A DNA stretch of 44,068 nucleotides from NCBI GenBank assembly GCA_900617105.1, contig UYFQ01000235.1, positions 1 through 44,068 on the forward strand. Reading direction: 5' to 3'. Position 1 is the stretch's first letter. Each line of letters opens with the position of its first letter. Below, piece by piece: positions 13,348-23,218 of the stretch. The position numbers were made by a program, and so were the translations under genes. This DNA is from Hydrurus foetidus. Lineage: Eukaryota. The notes under the pieces are model-generated. The model saw nothing but the letters and a program-made list of their open reading frames with translations, searched no databases and had not been told where the DNA came from.

Positions 13348-14569
13348 TTACTTTCCCATCCCAGGTGGTGTCATTGATTTCCCTCCAGGGCTCTTGCCTC
13401 CTTCCTCGCCCCAGTACTGAGCTACAGTCTCCGCCGAGTCCGCTCTGCATTCTCTAGCCAAGTGTCCAAATTTCCCACAGTTGTTACATGGCCCTCGCTT
13501 GTACCCCGCTGGTGGGGATTTGTTGGATGTGTAGGCAGCAATAGGAGATCCCTTTTCGCTGCTGCTGCTTCCTTCTGGAGAGTCTGCTCCATCCTTCACC
13601 CATCTAGCGTTCGGCGCACTTTTTCCTTTGTACCCTCCGGGGTAGCCTCCTCTGCCGCCCCTGCCTCCCCTGCCAGTCATGGCGAAAGCATTCGCTCTTT
13701 CCATTCCAACTGGTGAGTTGGACGCTGCTCGTTTCGGGTTGTACTTAGCCGCCTCCTGGTACGCTGTCTCTAGACAGTCGGGCCACGGCTTCAACCCATT
13801 AGTGAAGAAAGACTTGAATTCCCCGTAGTTGCTGTTGAGTCCAAGGATAAACTTCACTGACATTTGCCCCTCAGGATATGTGTCATCAAGTGCACCACGG
13901 CCTGCCATTTCGTAGGCTTGTTGGATGGCCGTGAGAGCTGACTTGGTATTTATATAATACATGCTGAGGTTGTCGTACTGTCCCATAACGAGGTTGTTGT
14001 AACGCTGCGTTATCATATACATCTGGTGTTGGACTCCTAACGGTGAATCTCCGATGTGTGTGACTAGAATAGCTTGCATGAGCTTCCTCGGCTCGAACTC
14101 GTTCTCGGCTTCTATGCCGGTCTGCACCTCTGAGACTCTCGTCTTCGAGCTCTCGGACATTTGTCCGAGCATTGCTCCGTACAGGTTCCCTTTATCTTCT
14201 TCGAGAGTCTTCACATTTTTGTTGTAGTCCGTCATCTGCAGTTCCCATATTTTTCTGTCATAGACAGTTGCTCCTTCTGCCGGTTGATCAGGCAGCGCGT
14301 ATGCCGGGTAGTCACCCAACGTTCCATCTGCACCAAAGATCATAATGACTCTCGACTTATAAGTCGTCATGGCATATTCTTTCATCTTGGACATCCACTT
14401 GGTAACCGTCCCATGGGCGATGTCCTTCCCAGGCGGTAGATCCAAGTATGCACCTATCGTAATATATATTCCCTCGATGGTGGCTCTGCGTCGCTGGAGA
14501 TCATCTCCCACCACGACCCGCAAAGTAACCTCGTCCACGTCCCTGCTGGGGACTTCCACGACCTTTCAT
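13348..14569 (-). pseudogene. gag: Copia G gag with RGG tracts and CCHC zinc knuckle
   Basis: ORF 13348-14559 with CNNCGKFGHLAREC; the probable true start MKGRGSPQQGRGRG is in another frame and contains a stop. Confidence 0.8.
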
Positions 14570-14780
14570 CGTTGCAACTTCTTGTTGCAACGATGAGTGC
14601 TAATTATGTTGTGAAAAGTGGACTTAAAGGTGTGCCGTATGTCCCATACGGTTGGTCACAAGCTCCCCACTGCACTCTCCGATGCGGCTTCACTCGCTCT
14701 GTCTGGACTCAGAAGAGAAGTTTCGCTGTCGGCTACGAGTTTGGGTTAATTAGCACTGCTGCAACGCAGTAGTAGTCGAG

Positions 14781-14959
14781 TGTAGTCGGTAGTTGTCGCA
14801 ACAGGTTGATGGCTATCCTAGATCAAATACGTCATATCGTATGTAGTACGGTACTGCTGTGGTGCAACACCGTACGTGTGGTTCAAATATGAAATACAGA
14901 TAATAGAATCACAATTCGTATACGGAATATCTAGTCTACATAATACTGATATTACTACA
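14781..14959 (-). repeat. Putative 5' LTR of Copia G (179 bp; inner boundary uncertain)
   Basis: Perfect 6-bp inverted termini TGTAGT...ACTACA; the outer end coincides with the break in the YR-element A repeat; no partner LTR or clear PBS visible. Confidence 0.5.
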
Positions 14960-15260
14960 CTCTGGAGCGGCTAGGAGCAAAGGCCGCTGACCGGTGCCGG
15001 TCCCTAAAGGGACGGCTGCGGAGGGGGAGATGTCTGGCAACAGGACGGGGACGATGACGATGACAGCGTTGGACTGACAAGCATCGGGAATTAGTTTCCC
15101 CAACTATCATCGCGTCATATCAGTTTTTCAAATAATTATTTAGTAGTTTTTTCAAATCATCAGCTTAGCATGCATGCTCGGAATGGACACGCTTTGTTGA
15201 GAGTGTTCTCTCACAACCTTTTGATCAGCCTTAGTCCATTCAGTCTAATATATTTTGTTA
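14960..15260 (+). repeat. Split direct repeat A1 (first ~32 bp removed by the Copia G insertion)
   Basis: Near-identical to 21447-21747; ends at the gag ATG (15260). Confidence 0.92.
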
Positions 15261-16881
15261 TGTCCAATACCGCCTCTTCCGTTCAAACTGGCGACGTGGT
15301 GATCCCAGCCTACCAGGCGGCTACCGGTGCATTGGTCCGTGCCTTGGAGAACGTAGTTTTGATCGTGGCGGGCCACACCGATGACAACGGCGAGCAGTAT
15401 GCGATGCAGATGGCCTTATCGGTACCGGCGGCAGATGTTCCGGCCAATGCGATTGTGGTAATCCCGCTGGACGCACCCAAGGCGGACGAGGTGTTTGATT
15501 TCACCTTCATCGCGTCCTGAAAGTCTATGTACTTTCAGGTTCACGAGAAACCGCAAACTTGGATGACATATGGTCATTGTGCTAATTTCTCGGCGGGTAC
15601 CGTTGATCGGCCGATCTCGATCGGAACGCTACTTAAGTTCCCTTCAATGGGTCACTACCTAGTAGCTCAACCACGTTTGTTGCAGGCGGTGCGTGCGTCG
15701 CTAGAGCCTGTGGGAGAGTGTGCGACGAGGGGGGAGTCAGCAAAGCGTCCTTGTCTTCGCCCACTGGAGGGGGGGGTGAGCAGGCGGAAGACACGACGGG
15801 CAAAACAAAAGGTATGTCTATCGTAGACTTAGACGGAGGAGAACACCCTACACGCAATAAGACGGATTTGCACTTACGTGAGAGGCAATTATGGTTCACT
15901 TACCGCGTTATGGATGCGGCCAAGCAGTGTTATAGTATCAGATCCTACGTTAGGTTGCAGCCGGAGTACTATCGAGGGATGCTGTTTGAGCAGGGGGACA
16001 CGCAAACCATCGATAGGCACCCCGCCTTTATCTCCTGCGGCCTTATCAACCGTATCGAGAAACTACCGGTTCTCGGCGAGAACGGTAAATTCAAACTGCT
16101 ACTTGTCGGTTCAGTCCTGACGGACAACAGTGAACCCACGCTGCGTCTGGAGGACTTCATTTCTGGGGAGAAAATTTCGAGCAGGTCGTCGCCATGCCCA
16201 TCCAACAACGCGGGCTTGGTGACGGTGCTCAAGAACGTGCAAATGGTCTTGCAAACGTGTTTCTCGGACGTGTTTGGGAAGGCTCTGGAATCCTTCATCG
16301 ATAAGCTGGAAGGGGTATGCAGACCGATGGAGCTGGTGCCGGCGGATTTTTTAAAGCATTCCGTCGAGTTGAGCCTCAAGAAGTGGTTTCGAGAGGTGTC
16401 AACGGTGAGAGGCTCAGACCTGCAGGCTGGCCTCTCATTCAAGACTGTAGAATTGTGCTCGGCGTTCCTTACCGGATTGTTTGACAAGCTGGCCGTGGAT
16501 CTCTCGAATCACCCTTTCATGGTGATGAGAGACGCGTATTTTCGTCTGCGTATACGGCCCGCGACAATTTCTTGGATGGATAAAACACCAGCAAAGAAGG
16601 AGGCAACGGGCGTGAAAGCGGAGGGGCCGGCGACCACTACCGTTACTCCGTCCAAAGACAAGAAGGAGGCGAACTCGAGAATATGCGTTGGCCATCTAGG
16701 TCAGTTGCTTGGAGCCGTAAATAAAGGCGGTCGAACCTACGCGTGTAAGTTCGGAAATGACTGTACTTATCGGCATATCACCGTAGAGGACAAGTCGAAG
16801 CAGCGATTGCTTGACATTGTCGGTGCGCTGACGGCTGTTCCTCGAGCTGATCTGACGAAGGCGGTTATCAAGCGGTCCTGA
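15260..16881 (+). pseudogene. YR-element ORF1 (gag-like) with C-terminal Cys/His finger; one in-frame TGA and one frameshift
   Basis: Pieces 15260-15520, 15527-15826 and 15718-16881 align to the continuous ORF of copy 2 (23219-24171); motif CVGH...CKFGNDCTYRH. Confidence 0.82.
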
Positions 16882-16912
16882 CTTCCGGAAGCGGTGCTGT
16901 CTGCCGACACAG

Positions 16913-17337
16913 GTGTGTACTGATTTACGTCAGAATATTAGTCGGGTCGATCATTTGATCGGCAGCCTGGTGCAACCTCATCTGTTTTGCGTGTTGACGA
17001 TGAGTGTTTGTGGCAGTGCTGTGTCAGCGGCCTCTCGCGATTATCACGGGGCTGCTACCGAGAGTAGGCAGATCAACTGGTTGTTGACTGTCTTGATAAC
17101 ACTGACGCATGCGGTCGCGTGTTGACGATCAGCGAAAGCGGGGTTCCAGGGGTGTCTGGACCCCCCGCATGCGGTTTGAGTGATGCATATCGTCGCATGA
17201 TACCCATGTTCTGGGCTGTGCTTATCATGCGACCGTATCATCGGGCATTACGCTGACGCACCCGAGTGCAATGCGATGCCTTCAGTTTATCTTTGTATGT
17301 GCGGAGACTCACTCTTTGACCTTGTTGTATTATACAG
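16913..17337 (+). other. Predicted spliceosomal intron (425 nt) between gag and RT, containing structured RNA
   Basis: ACAG|GTGTGT donor, CTCAC branch-like motif, T-rich tract, TACAG| acceptor; same phase and signals in copy 2 (39394-39825). Confidence 0.62.
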
Positions 17338-19525
17338 TCATGGAGAGCACGAGGCATGGCACGGCACTCCGTCCGACCCAGCGAGAGTCGAGACCGGAAG
17401 TGGCAGGAGAACTTGGGAAATATAAGGACCTCGGTTACAGCGAGTCTGCGCCAGTGATCGGGTCCTGGATCGAAGCGTGCTTTCCGGGGGACTCATCTAC
17501 AAGTAAAGCCGGGATAGAGGAGCTCATAGCGGAGGCAGCGGAAGCCGCGCGAAGTGACTTCGGTGTCGACGCCGCCAATGAATGGGCAAACGGGTACACT
17601 TTTCCTCCAGAGTTCGTGGCAAGCGACGTCCAGTGCTTGCACAGCTGGACTTTCGGAGCATGGTGCAGCGGCGTTTGAAGATATTATCAAAGGACCGTCT
17701 TAGCCGGACGAGTGTCGCGTCCCTCAGTCCGGACAACCCCGAGTTAGAACGCATGCTGGATTTAGCCGAGGGTATGAGGGTGGCCCTACCGGAGGGGTTC
17801 ACCCCTATCGGCCTTCAGCCTCGCCAACCACTGCGTACGTCTTACGAGACCGTGTCGAGCGCCGTCAACAAGCTGCTGGGTGCAGTAATAGAGCAACGAT
17901 TGGCATTTATACTCCCCCTTGAATTAGCTCAAGCCCACGTCCCCAACTTCCATTTGTGCAAAGCGCACTGGACCACCAAGAAGGGGAAGGCGTCAGGACG
18001 CCCCTTAGGGGATTTGAGCAACGTAGACGGCACCCCGCTTAACACGGACGCCACAGCCGACGCCGCAACTGCATTCTATGGACCGATCACGCATCCAACC
18101 ATAGAAGACATCGCGATCATGGTCCACCAGTACTGGAAGGAAGCCTCAGCGCGTGACTCGTCGCTTCGGTATGAGGATCTCCGCGTGTGGAAGATGGACC
18201 TCAAGGGAGCATATACCCTCCTGTCGTTCCGAGCCGAGTACGTCGGGTTGTTGGGGATGCTGCTCACGGACGATCTCGTTTATTTTCAGCTCGCCGGTAT
18301 TTTTGGCTGGTCTGGCACACCAGCGGCATACCAAGTGGTCACGCGAGCGATCGCATGGGAGCTCAGGGCCAGGCTCCGCAGTCGCACCGTCATGTACGTA
18401 GGTGACATCATCGGCATCGGATTCAAGATGGACATCGCGGCCGACCTTGCCCTCACCAGGAGCATATGCACGACTCTGCTCGGATCCAACGCCGTCGCAG
18501 ATGACAAGACCGAAGTCAGCCGGCGCCTGGATGTGATAGGGTATATCATAGATTTAGATACCGGTAGAGTGCTGATAAATAAGAAAAATTTCTTAGCAGC
18601 ACTCAACGGTTTTCTTAATGTGGATACCTCGGCACGAGTTAACCTCAGGACTGCGCAGCGCCTCGCCTCCTGGAGCACGCGTTACGGTAAAATATGCCGG
18701 GTCATGCGGCCGTTCTGCAGCGCCCTATACCGGTTAATGTGGGGCTGGACGGACCCTCACGCGCTTTTTAGCCTGTCGTCGGAGGCGATCGTGGCGATTC
18801 AGTGTTGGCGGGCGATGCTCTGCCTGGTGCGGCATAGAGAGTCTGAGTTCACCCGCTCAATTGCGTCATTCGCGCCAGAGACCCCGACGGTTATGGTCGA
18901 GTTCGACTCGTCGCTGAGCGGAGGCGGTCTTATATGGTACAGCAGAGTCAGCGGCGCAGAGGTGGCAATGGGTGTCGGTGCAGCTGATCTCCTATTTCTC
19001 GGTTTTGGTGAAGACTTATCGTTCCAGAATTTATCTGAGTTCCTTGGAGCAATCTTAGCTATTCTCGGGCAAGTTGCCCTTGGATACCAGGGGAGGAGTG
19101 TGGCCCTCAGGGGTGACAGCGTCACAGCACTGACGTGGGCCATAACGGAAAGACCAAGGGGCGAGAGGGTGACGAAAGCCGCGACGGTGTTCTCACTGCT
19201 CTGCATCGCGGCCGGCGTGGACGTGAAGGAGGTTACTCACATCCCAGGCACGGAAAACAACAAGTGCGACAGGCTCTCCAGGAGGGGCCGTGCACCGCCC
19301 ATGTCAATTATCGAGGAGGCGGAAACGATGGGAGTGCGGGGCGTCTGCGTGGTTGAAATCGATGGCGATGAAGATATCATCGCCATTCTCAAGTTGTGCG
19401 ACCCGAGATGCGAACTGAAGTCTGAACAGGAGTTCATAGGATTCTGGTCCGCCGCAAGGAACACCATTGATTCCTTCTTATGGCGCCACGTACAGTCAAG
19501 GGAGTCAGCGCGTCTGCATCAATAA
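17338..19525 (+). pseudogene. YR-element RT/RNase H, copy 1 (inactive)
   Basis: KMDLKGAY, GIFGW, YVGD (YVDD in copy 2), RH motifs FDSS, NLSE, GDS, CDRLSR; a ~7-nt deletion near 17638 relative to copy 2 causes a frameshift. Confidence 0.9.
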
Positions 19526-19628
19526 GAGCAACATCAACTCTGACCGGCTTGTCCTGACGTTGTCGGCAGCGGTGAGCGCCTCGGGCAAGGAGGGTTGTAG
19601 GCGTCGCCATGCAGTGACACCTGCTGTT

Positions 19629-19752
19629 GGCAGCGGTGGGCGCCGTGCACGAGGAGTATCATCGGACCCGCTATGCATTGGCCCCTTCAACGCGGGCAGC
19701 GGTGAGCGACGTGCATCAGGGGTGTCATCAACCCTGCCCTGCAATGGCCCCC
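19629..19752 (+). repeat. Imperfect 66-bp tandem duplication between RT/RH and YR
   Basis: GGCAGCGGTG...ATTGGCCCC and GGCAGCGGTG...AATGGCCCC; reads as a 22-aa repeat in ORF 19467-19772. Confidence 0.75.
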
Positions 19753-19878
19753 ACCGCGACCCCGCGCACTGAGTGATGTCCTTCCTGTGTAGAAAAATGT
19801 TAAGGAGCGCCAACAGACCCTGCTCAGCCCATACTCGACTACCACACTCCTCCACTTGCTCAATTCTCGATCTTCCTA

Positions 19879-21105
19879 GTGCAGCTAGTTCTTGTAACCA
19901 AGTCGTCGTCTCAATGTTGCTCTAACAGGAGTCGGAGGGATAGTGTCAGCGCAGAGCCGGCAGGAGCTGTCGGGAGGTCGGTGTTACCGAACACCAGCCG
20001 AGTGTACGATAAGTATTGGGAGCACTGGATTTCCTTTTTGAAGAGCGAGGTGAATGAGGACGATCCCTTCGTGGGGAGCGCAGGGGAGGAAGAGAAGGCG
20101 TCCCTCGTTGGAATCATGATGCTGAGGAGGCACGAGCAGGGCTTGCGAGGCAAGCAGGCCACTGCGTTCACGGCATCTATCCGTATGCATTTCGTGCAGC
20201 AGGGAGTTTCGACCAATTTCCTGAACTCGCCCGTGATCGCGACAGCGAGGGCGGCATGCCAGCCCAAGCCTGAGGAGCTCCGGGAGAGGAAGGACAGCGG
20301 TGCGGTGACCAGTGTCAAACTCCCGATCTGCGAGAGCATGTTGGTCGGCATGAAGGCCAGGATGTGGACCGGGCGCAGGTGGACAGGCGTGGACATGCGG
20401 GACCGGATGACCTATCTCGGCTGTATGTGGGCTTTTGAGATGGGGGCCCGAGTGTCGGAGTACACTGCCACTGAGCCCAGAGGAGTCGACCACTGTGTTC
20501 GCGTGGATGACCTAGTATTCATCGGTGAGTCTCCCACCGGGACCAGGACCCTTTGCGGTAGTCAGCTTACCGGTGTCGGCACCGCGGGTGGTGTAGTCGG
20601 TAGCCTCAACATTATTGAATGCCGGGCAACCGCGGTGTCCACTAAGGGGAAGAAGGTGGTCAAGCCGAAGATCGTCGGTCGCCGTTCGGTAGAGGAGAGC
20701 GGTTTCCTCGATGATCTCCTGGATTTTATGGCGCACAGCGGGAGCACTGGGAAAGACGAGCTGTTCAGCTTCCGATGCGAGGACAACACGCAGGTTAAGC
20801 TGCGGTCAAGGGACGTACGGGAAGCACTCAAGAGGGAGTGTGAAGAGAACGGCCTGGACTCCAATTACTTCAGCTCACACTCCTTGCGTAAGGGGGCGAT
20901 TACAGAGATGCGTTCGCTAGGGGCGTCGGAGGACGACAGGAGGGATAGAGGCAATCATGCGCCGAACTCTCAGGTGATGAACATCACTTACGATTACGGC
21001 GCGGGGATCGGCCCACTCGCTTCCAATAGTTTGGTCGGCGGGCACAAGCCCACTGTTGAAGACGTGAGGAGACTGCTACCACCGGCGAGGAGAGTTGAGG
21101 AATAA
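19879..21105 (+). CDS. Tyrosine recombinase (true start unknown, probably spliced)
   Basis: N-terminal TSRVYDKYW..W..F segment, GARVSE (Arg), STK (Lys), HSLRKG (HxxR), GNH and C-terminal Tyr (ITYD). Confidence 0.9.
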   Translation: MQLVLVTKSSSQCCSNRSRRDSVSAEPAGAVGRSVLPNTSRVYDKYWEHWISFLKSEVNEDDPFVGSAGEEEKASLVGIMMLRRHEQGLRGKQATAFTASIRMHFVQQGVSTNFLNSPVIATARAACQPKPEELRERKDSGAVTSVKLPICESMLVGMKARMWTGRRWTGVDMRDRMTYLGCMWAFEMGARVSEYTATEPRGVDHCVRVDDLVFIGESPTGTRTLCGSQLTGVGTAGGVVGSLNIIECRATAVSTKGKKVVKPKIVGRRSVEESGFLDDLLDFMAHSGSTGKDELFSFRCEDNTQVKLRSRDVREALKRECEENGLDSNYFSSHSLRKGAITEMRSLGASEDDRRDRGNHAPNSQVMNITYDYGAGIGPLASNSLVGGHKPTVEDVRRLLPPARRVEE

Positions 21106-21159
21106 GGAGCTGTCCCCTTGGAGAGACCAGACCGGGTCAGAGCCTTGGTAGGATATTGG

Positions 21160-21414
21160 GTGAAGGGAATTCTGACCCAAGGTCCGCCCCCAGTACCCGA
21201 GATTGGTTCGAAAGTGAGAACAGCAGGGGAGGCGGACGGGTGAGCCCAGGCGCGCAGGCGCAGCCATTATGTAAGATAACATCGCTTCTATTCCCATCGC
21301 GCTTTACTCGACTTAAGCATCTAGGGTGTAGCGGAGAGTGCAGAAGTAAACGGCGAGAGGTCGCACTTGGGACGACTCCCCCTAAAGGGACACACCTCTG
21401 AGAGCGGAATAGAA
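21160..21414 (+). repeat. Split direct repeat B1 (255 bp)
   Basis: Near-identical to 21830-22084. Confidence 0.95.
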
Positions 21415-21747
21415 TTAAAGGATACCGGACGGTAGTATGGGGGGTTCTCTGGAGCGGCTAGGAGCAAAGGCCGCTGACCGGTGCCGGTCCCTAAAGGGAC
21501 GGCTGCGGAGGGGGAGATGTCGGGCAACGGAACGGGGACGATAACGATGACAGCGTTGGACTGACAAGCATCGGGAATTAGTTCCCCCAACTATCATCGC
21601 GTCATATCAGTTTTTCAAATAATTATTTAGTAGTTTTTTCAAATCATCAGCTTAGCATGCATGCTCGGAATGGACACGCTTTGTTGAGAGTGTTCTCTCA
21701 CAACCTTTTGATCAGCCTTAGTCCATTCAGTCTAATATATTTTGTTA
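21415..21747 (+). repeat. Split direct repeat A2
   Basis: Matches 14960-15260 and, more distantly, the start of copy 2 at 22882 (TTAAAGGA...). Confidence 0.93.
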
Positions 21748-21829
21748 CCCCGTGGCCAACCAATCCTACGTTGTTATAATGATAGTTCATATGTTTGGTA
21801 ATGTTATCTGACCACTTGCGTGCCAGTTA

Positions 21830-22084
21830 GTGAAGGGAATTCTGACCCAAGGTCCGCCCCCAGTACCCGAGATTAGTTCGAAAGTGAGAACAGCAGGGGA
21901 GGCGGACGGGTGAGCCCAGGCGCACAGGTGCAGCCATTATGTAAGATAACATCGCTTCTATTCCCATCGCGCTTTACTCGACTTAAGCATCTAGGGTGTA
22001 GCGGAGAGCGCAGAAGTAAACGGCGAGAGGTCGCACTTGGGACGACTCCCCCTAAAGGGACACACCTCTGAGAGCGGAATAGAA
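21830..22084 (+). repeat. Split direct repeat B2 (right terminus of copy 1)
   Basis: Near-identical to 21160-21414. Confidence 0.95.
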
Positions 22085-22142
22085 CTTGTCGTCTGCATAT
22101 TAATTTGCAGAAGCACCCCATATATCCTGGACTTGAACTTGA

Positions 22143-22881
22143 CCCTTAGCCGGTCACCCCGATTTGGACCATATGGTCCAAATAAGCCGTTTTGCTGATT
22201 TACAGAATACAAGCGAACCAGACTGTTTCAGTGAAAAGTTGGCATTATGCAAGGTACTGTAAGGAATTTGATTCTACGTCTATATCAAATCCGTAAAAAT
22301 AAAACTGAAATATTCCTGAACTTTTACCCGGGATTTCAGTTTTTTCACCAATCATAGACTTCAAAAACTAAACCTGCAATATCTTCTCTAGTAATAATCT
22401 GTTTTCATCGCTTTTTCGGGAAAAATCTTCATTATGCCTTCGCGCAACTATCATACCTATAATACCTATAATATAAAGTTAATTTTATTTTTGACGGCGC
22501 GTTTCTCATATTATTCCTAAAAAAATGGATTCATCATATCTCCCTAACGATCGACATTCACAAAAAATGCTTTCCACATTAACTGTGCAACTTTTCAAAC
22601 TGCATATAGTGCATAATATTTTCATTTTTTTTGGCGATATTTGCATTTGGCGATACTATCGCCAAATGCATACGGCGATTTTGGCGATAACTTTCTAGAA
22701 CCTTCATGGATGATTCAACGATGGCACAAATAATCAAAAGTGTAGTATATGATGTGTACAATCTGAATAACATATTTGTTGGCTCTTAAAAGATCATTGT
22801 CGCATTTCGTTTTCACTTTTCCTAAAAGACCAATAAAATTGGACCATATGGTCCAAATAAGGGGTAGTGACGGGCTAAGGG
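22143..22881. mobile_element. Non-autonomous piggyBac-like DNA transposon (MITE, 739 bp)
   Basis: TIRs CCCTTAGCCGGTCAC / GTGACGGGCTAAGGG (14/15 match), CCC...GGG ends, right flank TTAA and left flank TTGA, subterminal palindrome TTGGACCATATGGTCCAA at both ends, AT-rich non-coding interior. Confidence 0.8.
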
Positions 22882-23218
22882 TTAAAGGACACCAGACGGT
22901 AGTATGGGTTCTCTGGAGCGGCTAGGAGCAAGGACCACTGACCGCTGCCAGTCCCTATAGGGACGGCTGGGGAGGGGGAGAAGCCGGGGGGGGGGGGACA
23001 AGACGGGGAACGATGACGATGTCAGCGTTGGATTGACTCGCAGCGGGAACGAGTCCCCCTTGTTATCGTTGCGTCACACTAGTTTTTGAACTAATTATTT
23101 AGCATATTTTCGAATTATGAATTTTGCATGTCTGCGCGTAATCGACGCGTTCGAGTGAGAGTATTATCTCACAATTTTTTGATCAGCCTTAGTCTATCTT
23201 GTCTAGCATATTTGATCA

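Larger units (their letters stand above)
10271..14959 (-). mobile_element. Ty1/Copia retrotransposon G, 5' two-thirds, degenerate; 3' end displaced by Gypsy D
   Basis: Minus-strand order gag-PR-INT-RT, which is diagnostic of Copia; abuts the YR-element repeat at 14960. Confidence 0.88.
14960..22084 (+). mobile_element. Tyrosine-recombinase retrotransposon (order DIRS, Ngaro/PAT-type split direct repeats), copy 1, nearly complete
   Basis: A1-gag-RT/RH-YR-B1-A2-spacer-B2 layout; no integrase or protease; no methyltransferase domain recognised, which favours Ngaro-like. Confidence 0.92.

Noticed and set aside
14633..14652. Hairpin CCGTATG-GGA-CATACGG (minus strand) as a half-tRNA-type PBS of Copia G
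   Set aside because: Only loosely similar to GGTTATGGGCC-type sites and not adjacent to the best-supported LTR end; left unresolved
15150..15163. Minus-strand CTGATGA-TTT-GAAA resembling a hammerhead ribozyme core
   Set aside because: No stem II or flanking helices, and not conserved in copy 2
15518..15520. In-frame TGA in YR gag copy 1 aligning with Cys (TGC) in copy 2, considered as selenocysteine or codon reassignment
   Set aside because: It occurs in a single copy that has other lesions (YVGD, 7-nt deletion), I recognise no SECIS, and TGA terminates other ORFs; a nonsense mutation is simpler
15769..15778. G-run frameshift in YR gag considered as a programmed frameshift
   Set aside because: Copy 2 reads through this position in one frame, so it is a mutation or sequencing indel
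19879..21105. Tyrosine recombinase as a phage integrase or bacterial contamination
   Set aside because: It is embedded with RT/RH between split direct repeats, the standard DIRS-order arrangement
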